Assembly: GCA_037308085.1 (NCBI GenBank)
Contig: CP147779.1
Span: forward strand, 1,696,001 to 1,760,000
DNA length: 64,000 nucleotides
Direction: 5' to 3'
Origin: Promethearchaeati archaeon SRVP18_Atabeyarchaeia-1
GTDB lineage: Archaea; Asgardarchaeota; Atabeyarchaeia; Atabeyarchaeales; Atabeyarchaeaceae
Shown: piece after piece, positions 8,143 through 18,857 of the stretch
How positions within the stretch are numbered: position 1 is the stretch's first letter
Layout: each line of letters starts with the position of its first letter
The notes under the pieces: model-generated
What the model saw: only the letters and a program-made list of their open reading frames with translations
The model's database searches: none
Told to the model about the DNA's origin: nothing
Made by a program: the position numbers and the translations under genes

Positions 8143-11100
8143 GTGTCTTATTTGAGGAAGAGGATAGTTTCGATACTAGCGGTTGTCATGATTCTGAGTT
8201 TCATGGCTTTCGTACCTACGACTAGCGCTCAAAGCTCGACAAGTGCAGCAATTCCCACTGTTGACAAAACGGCGCCGTCCAGCGCTGGGTCCTCGATTAA
8301 CGTTGTAAAATCGGGACTCGACAAGTTGGCGCCTAACCTTCTATCTGAGATCCAGGCAAACCCAAGTGGCGAATACCGTGTGGAAGTCGTCTTAAAAGAC
8401 GGCGCTAACAAGGCTTCCGCGCTGGGGTGCATCTCAAGCCTAGGTGGGCTGATCAACGGGCAACACAGCATAATAAACTCCATTTCCGCCACGCTTACGG
8501 GAGACAAGATATCAGCAGTAGCTTCACTAGCTGATGTAGACAAGATCCTCGTAGACGGGAAGAAATACCTGGTTCCAGTTCCACAATCCGACGACAGCGG
8601 GGCTGCCATTCAGAGCTTTATGAATACATATCCAGACTGGTATTCACAGTTCCCCTTCTGGGTGGGCGCGGATAAAGCATGGCAAATGGGAATCAACGGT
8701 GAAGGAGTCATAGTGGCCGATCTAGATACTGGAATCTTCATTGAACACCCTGACTTGGCTGGAGTCGTTATCGACTACAAAGTATTCACAGGCGAAGTGG
8801 ACGCGTTCCCGCACGACGGCAATGGGCACGGAACAGCGACCACAAGCTGTGTGGCCGCACAGGGAAACGTTGAGTGGGATCTAGGCGTACCAGATGTGTA
8901 CTTTAAGGTGCAGGGTGTCGCTCCGGGCGTCAAAGTAATCGGAGGAAAGGTGCTCACCGATGCAGGTTGGGGATGGGATTCATGGATAATCGACGGAATC
9001 GAATGGGCAGTCCAAAGAGGAGCAAACATAATAACTATGAGCCTTGGAGGGTTGGAAGTCCCTAACAACGGATATGACCCCACGGCTCTGGCATTGGATG
9101 CTGCAACGAAACTCGGTGTCACCTGCTTTGTCGCTGCGGGCAATGAACAGGGTCTGGACACAGTCGGTTCGCCAGGTGTCGCCAAGGACGTCATAACCGT
9201 CGGTGCTTCAACAGAGAACTCTTTCATCTACTATTGGCTTGGCTACTGGCCAACACTGCCCGCAAGTGGCTACGAAAATGACCAAGTTATCTTCTGGAGC
9301 AGCGGAGGAGCAACAGCAGACGGCAGATTAGATCCAGACATTTGCGCAGTCGGCGCGTGGGGTCTTACACTGGACTCCTATCCAAACTATCTGTGGCTAC
9401 AGTTCGGGGGAACAAGCATGGCCACTCCGGTCGCCGCTGGAGTAGGTGCTCTGGTTCTTCAAGCATACAAACAGGCTCACGGTGCCTTTCCGTCTCCAGC
9501 CATGGTGAGAGACATCCTAATGAATACTGCAAAGGACCTTGGCTACCCGGCTAACCGCCAAGGAGCTGGGCGCGTAGATGCCGAAAAAGCAGTTCTCGCA
9601 GCCATGAGCCAATACCCGTACTCCAACAGAGACGAGGTAAACACGGGAATACTTTCATCTGGGAAGTGCTACACCACGACGTCGGTTTTCACAGACAGCA
9701 TCAGTTGTGCATACGCAACCACACTTCAGATGTTTGACTCGCTAAGCTTCAGCAATCTGGTGATACCTCGCGGATATACGTACCTGTCTTTCCAGATCCC
9801 GTCGGGAACCGACTACGCTGACGTACGAGTGAAATCCGCTCCGGAGTATGCATATGGTACCTCGGTTCATACGTATGACGGCAGTACATGGACGGACGCG
9901 CATCTCAACACGGCACTATACCGGAACGATAGCGGCAACTTGATTCTGATAGACTACGCCTATGCCCACACAAACGTTCAGTGGTTGGACGCTAGAGTTA
10001 GTCCTGGAGACTATGTCCTCCTGATATGGAACCAATACAAGGTGACCGTCAGCCCGGTCGATGTGGAGGCGAACTTCTATAAGTTTGTCAACTGGGACTG
10101 GGTATCGACATCTAGTAGGGGCAACTGCCTGTTCACCACTATTTCGGTTCCAACTGCTTCGGCTCCGGGTACCTATAGTGGCTTCGTGAAGGTGACTTCT
10201 AGTGGAGCGCAGATCGACATTCCAATTGTGGTGACTGTTCCGGCGAAGCTTGGGCAAACATTCTCAGTTCAAGCCAACGTTGTCAACGAACCAAGAACAG
10301 GCTCATCAGGGGACTGGTTCTACATACCAGTGCAAGCTTTTACCATCGGTACCTTGACTTTGACGGCTAGCTGGACTAGTTCGGATGCGGACTTCGACGC
10401 CTACCTAGTCAACCCAGCAGGTGCAGTCAAAGCCATGTCAGTAGCTCCGCTTGTTCCAGTGGTGCTTTCTGGCGGTGGTGGGCAATACTGGTACACGACG
10501 ACAGGCTCAACTATGGAGGTACTATCAGCATTCAGTCTGCTTCCAGGATACTGGTACATCGGAATACACGCCATATACTTCGGCAACAACTTTGACCAGG
10601 AGGTCACTGTAAAACTAGACCAGGGTAGTCCTATTGTAGCACCAAGCTATCTCAATTTGAAGGCGGGAACGAGCAAGACTTTCACAATATCCAACAAGAT
10701 CGCTGGAGCAATAAATGTCCAAACCATGGCTCTATCATTCCAAACGGAGCGCTTTTCACAGCAGTTAACCAGCACGGTAGCCTCATTTGGCGATACAGGC
10801 ATCGGCTACGATGGTTGGATAATACCAGTGACGCCAGACATTACTACACTGGCAGTGAGCATCAACTGGGTAGGAAGCCACGGACTGACCCTAATCCTCT
10901 GGGATCCAGCTGGTCGCAACGCTGGACTAACAGCTACAAGCGGACAGACACTGACCATCAACAATCCAGCTATCGGCTGGTGGACCGCCATCATAACAAT
11001 CAATGACGCCGGAAGCCAGTACTACACCCTGAACGTCGGAGGAACACACTTCAAACCCTTAGAAGGAGTCACTGTTCAGCCTGCGGCATTCACGTTGGCA

Positions 11101-11247
11101 GCAAAAGGAAACCAAGCTCTGACCATAACCGTCGCGCCGAAAGTAAGAGGGATGGGTCAATTGATCTGCTACGACTTCACGTCTGGAAGCATATATTCCA
11201 TAACCCTGCTGACAATCACTTCAACCTGCGGTTGGACAAACTGCTAG
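8143..11247 (+). CDS. Secreted S8 (subtilisin-like) serine peptidase with propeptide and C-terminal beta-sandwich (PPC-like) domains
   Basis: Signal peptide; catalytic motifs DLDTG, HGTAT, AAGN, GTSMATP. Confidence 0.93.
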   Translation: MSYLRKRIVSILAVVMILSFMAFVPTTSAQSSTSAAIPTVDKTAPSSAGSSINVVKSGLDKLAPNLLSEIQANPSGEYRVEVVLKDGANKASALGCISSLGGLINGQHSIINSISATLTGDKISAVASLADVDKILVDGKKYLVPVPQSDDSGAAIQSFMNTYPDWYSQFPFWVGADKAWQMGINGEGVIVADLDTGIFIEHPDLAGVVIDYKVFTGEVDAFPHDGNGHGTATTSCVAAQGNVEWDLGVPDVYFKVQGVAPGVKVIGGKVLTDAGWGWDSWIIDGIEWAVQRGANIITMSLGGLEVPNNGYDPTALALDAATKLGVTCFVAAGNEQGLDTVGSPGVAKDVITVGASTENSFIYYWLGYWPTLPASGYENDQVIFWSSGGATADGRLDPDICAVGAWGLTLDSYPNYLWLQFGGTSMATPVAAGVGALVLQAYKQAHGAFPSPAMVRDILMNTAKDLGYPANRQGAGRVDAEKAVLAAMSQYPYSNRDEVNTGILSSGKCYTTTSVFTDSISCAYATTLQMFDSLSFSNLVIPRGYTYLSFQIPSGTDYADVRVKSAPEYAYGTSVHTYDGSTWTDAHLNTALYRNDSGNLILIDYAYAHTNVQWLDARVSPGDYVLLIWNQYKVTVSPVDVEANFYKFVNWDWVSTSSRGNCLFTTISVPTASAPGTYSGFVKVTSSGAQIDIPIVVTVPAKLGQTFSVQANVVNEPRTGSSGDWFYIPVQAFTIGTLTLTASWTSSDADFDAYLVNPAGAVKAMSVAPLVPVVLSGGGGQYWYTTTGSTMEVLSAFSLLPGYWYIGIHAIYFGNNFDQEVTVKLDQGSPIVAPSYLNLKAGTSKTFTISNKIAGAINVQTMALSFQTERFSQQLTSTVASFGDTGIGYDGWIIPVTPDITTLAVSINWVGSHGLTLILWDPAGRNAGLTATSGQTLTINNPAIGWWTAIITINDAGSQYYTLNVGGTHFKPLEGVTVQPAAFTLAAKGNQALTITVAPKVRGMGQLICYDFTSGSIYSITLLTITSTCGWTNC

Positions 11248-11490
11248 ACTTACGGTCAAGAACCCCACTTTCCCCTTTTTTTTGACGGGCTCGGTTCAGA
11301 CATTCGTCTTCTTGTGGTAGTCCGATGCGAACCCCCATCGCGATTGGTGTACCGAAAATGTGTCACTGTCGAAGCTCGTGGAGCTAGTTATTCACAATGT
11401 CCGCTGCGAGCCTCAACATCGCCCTCAGGGCGGCCCAAACAGAAGGCATGTCAAGCACCTACAAGAAGGGCCAGTTTCCTTAGGGGAGCG

Positions 11491-11591
11491 CCTCCGTCAG
11501 TGGGCGCGTTTGGCAAGGTGAAGGGTTTGAAAAGTCGCACCAAACAACCCGGAGTTGCAAGCCCAGAAGCTTCAGCAGTGGGTAACTGACT
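11491..11591. repeat. About 100-bp dispersed repeat, copy A (IS200/IS605-end-like miniature element)
   Basis: Gapless alignment with 15379-15479 at 86/101 identity; ends AAGCCCAGAAGCTTCAGCAGTGGGTAACTGAC. Confidence 0.8.
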
Positions 11592-12300
11592 GGATCATAA
11601 AAACCCTAGTTACACAGTGCGGTTTACTGAACTCCAAAACAGTGTGATCCCACTCACAACTCGTGGCAGTCTTGAGAAACTGACATACGAATACGGAACT
11701 GCCACATGAAATCCTGCCATCTGGACGTTGCAGCAAGGTCTGCTCTGCAGATGATTGGCAACCCTCCACGTAGGGGCAGCCCCCGTGAACAATATCCACG
11801 CTCCCATCTTCGTTCTTTTTATATCCAAACTCAAGGGGGGCGACCTTCATGTCGACAGCAAGTTTGCGAAGCTTAGACATGACCTTATCAACGTCAAACC
11901 CCAATGTTCTTAGATCGCCGTCCGATTCCATTACCCCCTTGGCAAAACCCCTCTTGCTCACCTGATATCCAGCCCCTAAGGACCCTTCAAGCTTTTTTTC
12001 AGTCACATACTGAGCCCAAAAAGCTATGTAGTAGGGAGGCGCTGTTAACCTATCTGATTTTGAGAGTAGATACTCAGTCAGCTGACTTAGAGTCTGGATA
12101 TTCTGCGGAGCTTCTTCTTTCGTCTGGTTGGCTACAGCCCGTACGGCGTATTTGATGACGTTTGTGGTGAAAACGGGACCATAGAGTCTTTCCACGTCCG
12201 TTGCTCCTCTCATAACCAATTCTAAGATCGCTTTTGGGTCGGCTTTTTCATACGGAGCTTTTTCAAACATCTTGAAACCATCAATATTGATAATTGACAA
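11572..12300 (-). CDS. Hypothetical protein with C-terminal Cys-rich V4R/MetOD-like domain; paralog of 38417..39070
   Basis: CPYVEGC...C...C pattern shared with 38417..39070; last codons and stop lie inside repeat copy A. Confidence 0.7.
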   Translation of the reverse strand: MSIINIDGFKMFEKAPYEKADPKAILELVMRGATDVERLYGPVFTTNVIKYAVRAVANQTKEEAPQNIQTLSQLTEYLLSKSDRLTAPPYYIAFWAQYVTEKKLEGSLGAGYQVSKRGFAKGVMESDGDLRTLGFDVDKVMSKLRKLAVDMKVAPLEFGYKKNEDGSVDIVHGGCPYVEGCQSSAEQTLLQRPDGRISCGSSVFVCQFLKTATSCEWDHTVLEFSKPHCVTRVFMIQSVTHC

Positions 12301-12823
12301 TTCTCGATGCCTCCTGTGGAAATCCTAATGCATACTACTCCAGTTTTCAGGCAAGTAACGATGAGAGGACTTGCTCAGGGTGGCTCGAATTGAGAAGATA
12401 CTTGCCACACATCATCTTGCTGACACAAAATATAACTCTTTTTGATTTCCTGCGAGGTTCGCAGGTTGTCCTTAATGATTCTGTAAAACCGTCCGACGCT
12501 TAGTGCAACAGTAAGCGGCTTGTAGTCGCGACCCTTCTGGACTATGCCAGCGCGCGCTGCTTCCTTCTCCATAGATGTGTTAAATACTTTTCCACCCGGG
12601 AACTTCCCAACGCAATGGACGCGAACTGTGTCACCAGACTTCTGTTTCGGACATCGCGATTCCCCTCAGATTTTCTGTTTGATAACTACGGTCGCTTGTC
12701 ACTATCTTGGTCGTTAGATAGTTAGTGGGGTTTCCATCTACGTAGACATAGGTAGGTGTGCGCCAGCGTATCTTTCATACGGCATTTAGATCCGGGGCTT
12801 CACCGCATCATGTTGATGCCTCA

Positions 12824-13010
12824 CTAGTTCATCGACACCCTTCCGCTCCACTCCCGTCGGGACGTGCCCACCCACAGCAGCGAGAGACGGTAGACTATTC
12901 GGTCCCACCGCGCATTGTTCTGTGGAACGTCGACCATCCTCAGGTAAAGGTTGATGGCTTCATTGAGATGCCTATCCACCCGCAGACCACCGTCACCACA
13001 CTCGAAGATC
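12824..13010 (-). pseudogene. tnpB: Degenerate tnpB C-terminal remnant
   Basis: FECGDGGLRVDRHLNEAINLYLRM resembles TnpB zinc ribbon plus RuvC-III (FxCxxCG...DRDxNAAxN); IS605-type hairpin nearby at 13075-13096. Confidence 0.65.
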
Positions 13011-13074
13011 GTGTTCCTGCTTGGCTCTTCAACTACAACTCTCGACTCAGCAGGTATCACCGTCTCTATCGCGA

Positions 13075-13109
13075 GGAAGCCCACGCCCTTTAGGGGCGCC
13101 TCCGTCAGT
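13075..13109. repeat. IS200/IS605-type end hairpin plus GCGCCTCCGTCAGT motif
   Basis: GGAAGCCCACGCCCTTTAGGGGCGCCTCCGTCAGT; GCGCCTCCGTCAGT also at 11488-11501, GCCTCCGTCAG at 14323-14333. Confidence 0.65.
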
Positions 13110-13299
13110 AAGGTAAACAATAAGGTTACTTCGCAAGTAGGCGCATTGAAGGTACAGTCATCTAGCATGTATCAGTTAGAGCGTGATAGCGGCATGCTAA
13201 ACAAGTGTAGCCATATCACCATAACCACGCTCTACCTTAAAAATAGAAAAGGAATTGATCCCCTTAGTTCCGGTTCGATCCTTTGCTGGCTTCTTTCAA

Positions 13300-13928
13300 T
13301 CTCTCTTTGAGTGCCGACAGCTCTTTTCGTACCGATTTCTCCTCCTCTTTCACTATGATTTTGTTAATGCTTTCGCCTCACTTGTCCTCAAGATCCTTTT
13401 TCTTTGGAAGCCTCCTCTTTCTCAACCTACTTCTTTTGCTTCTGTTTTTCAAGCTCAGCTATTTCTCTGTCGTACCTAGCGCTTTCACCTTGCGACCTCG
13501 CTTGAGTTCTCTTTCTCCTTAGGGCCTTGATCTTTTCCTCAATCTCAGCCAATTTAGGTCCAGGTGCTTCTTTCTTGATTCCCTCTTTACCTTCTGGCAA
13601 ATCTATACACCTCCACTCTGTCAATCCAAGTTAGCGATGATCTCTGACCGCATTTTCTCCGGTCATCCCAAGCCCTCCATTCACTTGATCATTGGTCTTC
13701 TCGATCAGGTCCACGACCTTCTGCTATTCGCCGATTTGCTTATTAGCTTCTTCCTTGTCCGCCACGGCGTAGACCCTCCGCCACGATGCCAACATAAGCT
13801 ATGTCATATAGTATTCTTAGATCTTCCATTTCCAGAAGAACCAGAAAAATCGATCCGAAACTTATGCATGAGTGGGAGATCATGACGAACGCCTTTGCAT
13901 TGTCAGCACACTCCAACTCTGCGGTCAC
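13300..13928 (-). pseudogene. Decayed coiled-coil (E/K-rich) coding sequence, broken by stops and frameshifts
   Basis: Short ORFs 13743..13928 and 13427..13624; E/K-rich purine-biased sequence continues past the stops. Confidence 0.35.
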
Positions 13929-14510
13929 CTAGAACGATCGTATCAAATCAAAAAAGGAGAAATGGGAATTCAGTTATTCCCGCCTACATCTGGAAGCCGG
14001 TTCTACTGCCGCCTCACTTCGTCAAAGCAGTCTTCAGCTCCTCATGCTCCTCAGCATGATCACTAACTTAACCCCTAGTGTCATAGTCTAAAGAGAATTC
14101 TACGCGACGCTAGCATGAAAATTGAAGTACCATAGACCCAAGATCAAGGAAATATGCGAAGACTGGAGAAACAATTCAAGACACAACTCAACCTAACCTC
14201 GGCAACCCTAAGGAATGAAGTTACTAATAGCCAGACACCGTGAACGATACACGAAAAACTATGCAAGGAGAGGCAACGAAAAGCCTCATATCATGCACCT
14301 CAACAAGCTCCTAAAGCGTAGTGCCTCCGTCAGAATGTACTAGGAATTGCTTACTTTTCAGTGGGCGGTCCTATGTAATCCCAACAACTGGCCAGCCAGG
14401 AAGCCCTAAATACCCGACTTCCGGAAGATGACCCGACCGAAAGATACCAATACCCGAGGGTATCTGACTCCAATCCCCTCACAACCACAGATTGGAGAAG
14501 GGATAAGTAT

Positions 14511-15008
14511 TCACTGGGCATTCGCCCGTTGCTGCAGTCTCTTCTTCACTTCATCGTAGAGATAAGAAGCATTATCTCCCACTTCGGGTTGATTGAGTTC
14601 CTTCATCACGCCTTCAGCATATGGGGTGATTTTATCGATCAACATAATGAAGGTCTCGCCATAATAATCGCACAAAAGGTCCAAGCTCAGGAGCCCTCTT
14701 CTCACCAGAGTGCCCAATGCATCAAAGTAGTTGCCGACAGTCAAGATCGCCATTTGCTCTGGCTTCTCAGCAAATGGCCGCCCATACTTTTTGACGAACT
14801 CATCATAGTCCTTGAACTCCAAGTTCAAGACTCTCACAAATGCCTGCTGCAGCTCACCTGCGGTAATACTCAGCCATGGCGCCAGTCTAACCAGAAGGTC
14901 TGTCTGTCTCTGCCTATTCTGCATTCTGAGGATCATAGCATAGTAGAAAACCCCTGCTACCACACTTGCCGAAGCAATTACCACGGAAATCGTCGATACA
15001 TCATCCAT
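14511..15008 (-). CDS. DUF4760-like protein with N-terminal TM helix
   Basis: TM anchor, then AILTVGNYFDALGTLVRRGLL motif. Confidence 0.7.
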   Translation of the reverse strand: MDDVSTISVVIASASVVAGVFYYAMILRMQNRQRQTDLLVRLAPWLSITAGELQQAFVRVLNLEFKDYDEFVKKYGRPFAEKPEQMAILTVGNYFDALGTLVRRGLLSLDLLCDYYGETFIMLIDKITPYAEGVMKELNQPEVGDNASYLYDEVKKRLQQRANAQ

Positions 15009-15378
15009 TATTCACACCTACTCAGGCCAAGTGTATGAAGAGATACTTAGCGAATTGAGAGATAGAAAGATCTTTGGTATTATATTCAGAATACATCTCT
15101 TAAATAGTATGACTTACCGAGCCAAGCCGAAAAAAGAATAGCTCCTGTAGAATTCAGCCCTGTCAGGGTCATGGCTTCCGAGAAAAGAGGGGTTGAGAGC
15201 ATATCTGGCTTCTTACATCTGGAAGCCTGTCTTGCCAGCACCCCACTTCGTGAGGGCAGTCTTAAGCTCCTTATGCTCCCAGCCATTGGGACTCTCTTCC
15301 TTCGAGGGCTTGGTCTCCAATCCCCCCTCTTCCCCGTGGAGAGGTTTCTTCTTTTCCAGTCATCCCAAGCGCCCTCCA

Positions 15379-15479
15379 CCTACGTCAGTAGTCGCGTTTG
15401 GCAAGGTGAAGTGTTTGAAAGGTCGTACGATATAACCTCGAGCTGCAATCCCAAGAGCTTCAGCAGTGGGTAACTGACT
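15379..15479. repeat. About 100-bp dispersed repeat, copy B
   Basis: 85% identical to 11491-11591, same orientation. Confidence 0.8.
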
Positions 15480-15638
15480 TTCGTTTTCAGACTGGGAACG
15501 CAATCAGTGTCATCGCTTCTTCGGAGAACTATATGCCGAGGAACTAGCGTGGGAGGCGGATGAGGAGATTTTCCAGCTGGTGCGCAATTGGCTGCCTATA
15601 TGTCGATGTTGGTTGCTTGGAGCACGTCATTCCTTCTT

Positions 15639-16952
15639 TCAGTCAGTTCTCTGTGTGCTGGGTTCGCTGCTCGGTTGGGACGCGTTTTCCTCTGGGTCCG
15701 AAGCGTTAGCGCTCCGGGTCTCTGGTCTAGGCGCTTGCCCAGTCTCTCCCTCTACCACCTTCCCGCCTTTGCTTCTATGTCGCATCCTTACACTCTTTCC
15801 CGATAGAGACATGTAGAGTGCGAGGTTCCCGAGGAGCACCATGAGCAGCGCGAAGATGCCTACTACCACAACGTCTGGTAGAACGTTTACTAGACTTGTT
15901 CCTTTGATCATCACTCCTCTAAGGCCGTCGACAGCGTAGGTCATGGGGTTGACCAGCACCACTGCCCTCAGCCAGTCTGGCAGCGATTGAATGGGGTAGA
16001 ATGCACCTGAAAGGAAGAACACTGGAAAGTTGATCAATCCGTTGACGAACTGGAATGCTGTGATTTCGATCTTGACGCTTAGCGCTATGGATATGCCGAC
16101 GAACCCAAGGGCGAGCAGGATGACTAGCACGTAGATGTAGAGTAGAGAAAGTGGATTCAGCGCCATGCGTATTCCGATTAGAACAGCTATAATGAGGACG
16201 AATGTTGCCTGCGCCACAACCTTTGTAACTCCAGCCAACGTGAATCCAAGAACGACCTCACTCCTCTTAGCCGGGGTCGAAAGCAACATGTCAAAGTAAC
16301 CAACTTCCCTATCAAGTATTATTGGCATGCCTGCAGCAAACAGTGACGTGAACAAGACTGTCATCGCCAGAATGCCTGGCGCGAGGAAATCTATGAAACT
16401 GTATCCCGAGGAATACTGGTCAACCGTGTTGATGTATGAGCCGGTGCGCAGCGTGGTGTGGGTAATGTTGAAGAACCAATTCTTGACCCTCTGATCATTC
16501 AGCGTCTCGTTTAGTGCTTGCGCAGCAATTGCGCTAAGCGCCTGTGCAACCATCAGATTGGTGTTATCGACTGTCACGTTAATTTTGCTGCTTCCGATGG
16601 GAAACGGCGTCACCAAGCCCCTGCTGAAGTTCACAGGGATGAGTATGAACCCGGCAAGCTGCCCATTGTCCACCATCATCATAGCATCCTGCACCGAGAT
16701 GTTGGCGGAGACAACTGTCAAAGCAGTCGAGTTTTGAAGCACTTGAGCGTAAACTTCACCGGGGACAGCGCCTAATGGATAAGAATCTTGGTTCAAAACC
16801 GCGACTGGGACATGGCTGAAAGATCCAGAATAGGCATTGCCCACCACTATTAGGAAGAGCACAGGAAGAAGCAGGGAGCTAACTAGCTGAACCCTATTTC
16901 TTTTCCACTTCCTCATCTCACGCAGCCAAATTGCTCGTGTTCCTCTAAGCAT
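15639..16952 (-). CDS. ABC-2 type exporter permease
   Basis: TM1, extracellular domain, then FLAPGILAM, DREVG, FFLSGAFYPI...LPDWL...NPMTYAVDGLR. Confidence 0.92.
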   Translation of the reverse strand: MLRGTRAIWLREMRKWKRNRVQLVSSLLLPVLFLIVVGNAYSGSFSHVPVAVLNQDSYPLGAVPGEVYAQVLQNSTALTVVSANISVQDAMMMVDNGQLAGFILIPVNFSRGLVTPFPIGSSKINVTVDNTNLMVAQALSAIAAQALNETLNDQRVKNWFFNITHTTLRTGSYINTVDQYSSGYSFIDFLAPGILAMTVLFTSLFAAGMPIILDREVGYFDMLLSTPAKRSEVVLGFTLAGVTKVVAQATFVLIIAVLIGIRMALNPLSLLYIYVLVILLALGFVGISIALSVKIEITAFQFVNGLINFPVFFLSGAFYPIQSLPDWLRAVVLVNPMTYAVDGLRGVMIKGTSLVNVLPDVVVVGIFALLMVLLGNLALYMSLSGKSVRMRHRSKGGKVVEGETGQAPRPETRSANASDPEENASQPSSEPSTQRTD

Positions 16953-16956
16953 GTCC

Positions 16957-18009
16957 CTAGACCCTCTGCCTCATCTTTCCAATTACTTTGGCCGTAAGTC
17001 TCCTCGTGTCGGCCGAGTCTTCTCCCACTTCGCCTTCCTCCCTAATTCCCCTTCCGGTATACTTGATGAAGACGTCATCGAGAGAAGGAGTCCTCACTGA
17101 TATGGCGTCTACCCCAATTCCCGATGACTCAATCTTGTGCAGTATTATCGGCAGTGCTCTCTTCCCATCTGCGACTGCGACTCTGAAACTCCGGTCGACG
17201 ATAGACAGTTCATTCCCAAGTTCTAGGCCCAGAAGCTTGGACCTGACCTGCTCATCTAGCCCGACTCCACTCCCTTCGGCCTTGATGATCACCTCAACAA
17301 GATCCTTCCCATAATCACTCTTCAGGTCTGCTGGCTTACCCATAGCCATTATGTGGCCCTTATCGATTATTGCGACCCGGTCCATCTGCTGCTCTGCTTC
17401 TTCGAGGTAGTGGGTAGTGGCAAGGATCGTCAGGTTCCACTCTCTCTGAAGCCTATGAACGAACTCCCATACAATGCGTCTGGTCTGCGGATCGAGTCCC
17501 AGAGTTGGCTCATCCAAGAAGAGAACCTCAGGAGTAGGAAGCAGCCCTCGAGCTATCTCCAGGCGCCTCTTCATGCCGCCGCTAAAATGTGCGACGAGGT
17601 CATCCTTCCTCTTATCCAACTCGACAAGCTCCAAGACGTCACGTATTCGTTGTTTGATATCCCGTTTCTGAAGCGAATAAAGCTCTGCAAAGAGCTGAAG
17701 GTTCTCGGTTGCAGTCAACCTTATGTCCAGCGCGGACTCCTGCGGAACGTACCCGATTTTTCTCCTAACCTCATCTTGCTGAGAGACGACATCCAAGCCT
17801 GCGACAGTGGCTTTCCCACTTGTGGGCTTGAGGAGAGTTATCAGCATTTTTATTGTGGTCGTCTTCCCAGCGCCGTTGGGGCCAAGAAGGCCAAAAACCT
17901 CACCCTTGTCAATGGATAAATTGATCCCGCTTACGGCAGTAAGCCCGTCGAACTCCTTAACGAGGTCGATAGTCTGCACCGCATTTACCATGTCCTCCAA
18001 CTCCTCCAC
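16957..18009 (-). CDS. ABC exporter ATP-binding subunit (DrrA-like)
   Basis: GPNGAGKTT, FSGGMKRR, LFLDEPT, TTHYLEEA. Confidence 0.95.
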   Translation of the reverse strand: MEELEDMVNAVQTIDLVKEFDGLTAVSGINLSIDKGEVFGLLGPNGAGKTTTIKMLITLLKPTSGKATVAGLDVVSQQDEVRRKIGYVPQESALDIRLTATENLQLFAELYSLQKRDIKQRIRDVLELVELDKRKDDLVAHFSGGMKRRLEIARGLLPTPEVLFLDEPTLGLDPQTRRIVWEFVHRLQREWNLTILATTHYLEEAEQQMDRVAIIDKGHIMAMGKPADLKSDYGKDLVEVIIKAEGSGVGLDEQVRSKLLGLELGNELSIVDRSFRVAVADGKRALPIILHKIESSGIGVDAISVRTPSLDDVFIKYTGRGIREEGEVGEDSADTRRLTAKVIGKMRQRV

Positions 18010-18331
18010 CGCTGGGTGATGGGTGTTTGTGAATCATTACGTAACCGAGAAAGCGAAAGGCTCGTCAACTGCCCCGCAGTGGACTGTTCTTGAGACTTCT
18101 GTTCCTCTCTGATTGAGCAAATCTAGTATTTACGCTTTTCACTTTCGACATTATACAATGGAGAGGTGCCAATGACCCAGTCTCTGGAGGGAATCTGTAA
18201 AAAGCAGAAGTTCACTTCTGAACTACAACATGAGGCTTAAGAAGTGGCTAGAACTGCCATACGTATTTAAATAACAGAAAAAGGAAGAAGGAAAGTGGAA
18301 AAACCCCGGGCTTAGATCACAGTGCTTGCTA

Positions 18332-18763
18332 CTAATCAACTGAGATCTTCTTCCCAGGGTTTTTCTTCTCGGCTGTTACCTTCAGGATCCCATTCTCCAG
18401 TTTTGCCTTCGCTGTGTCTGGGTCAACTTCGGTTGGCAGCGGGAATCTCCTTGTTCCGTGGAGACCAAAACCCATATGGACTGACCATGGTCTGAAGCCC
18501 ATTTCCTCTCTAGCGCCAGTAGGTTCCTCCTCGGGTGCTGCTTTCTCCTTAAGAGTTATGACTACTGTGTCTGGGCCTACATTGAGTTCGATGTCTTCTT
18601 TCGTAACGCCCGGCAATGGCACGGAGATTGTCAAGTTCTTCACGTCTTCATCTATGTCAACGCCCATCAATAAGTGCCCAAGTGGTCCGATTCCGGGGAA
18701 ACCCATAGGCAGATCAGGCATTCTGAAGCCGCGGGGACCTCTACACATGTCTTCACCTCTCAA
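18332..18763 (-). CDS. Hsp20/alpha-crystallin small heat-shock protein
   Basis: LPGVTKEDIEL, RRFPLPTEVDP, AKLENGILKV, C-terminal KISVD. Confidence 0.9.
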   Translation of the reverse strand: MRGEDMCRGPRGFRMPDLPMGFPGIGPLGHLLMGVDIDEDVKNLTISVPLPGVTKEDIELNVGPDTVVITLKEKAAPEEEPTGAREEMGFRPWSVHMGFGLHGTRRFPLPTEVDPDTAKAKLENGILKVTAEKKNPGKKISVD

Positions 18764-18857
18764 TTCGTTTCACCTCCTTCTGCTTTCTTTGATTTTGACT
18801 ACATTGCTTGCGCCGCGCAACATCGAGGTAAGCATCAAGCCTATGATCTTCGGCTAA

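Noticed and set aside
11491-15479. Repeat copies as a CRISPR array
   Set aside because: Only two long copies about 3.9 kb apart, no regular repeat-spacer period, no cas genes.
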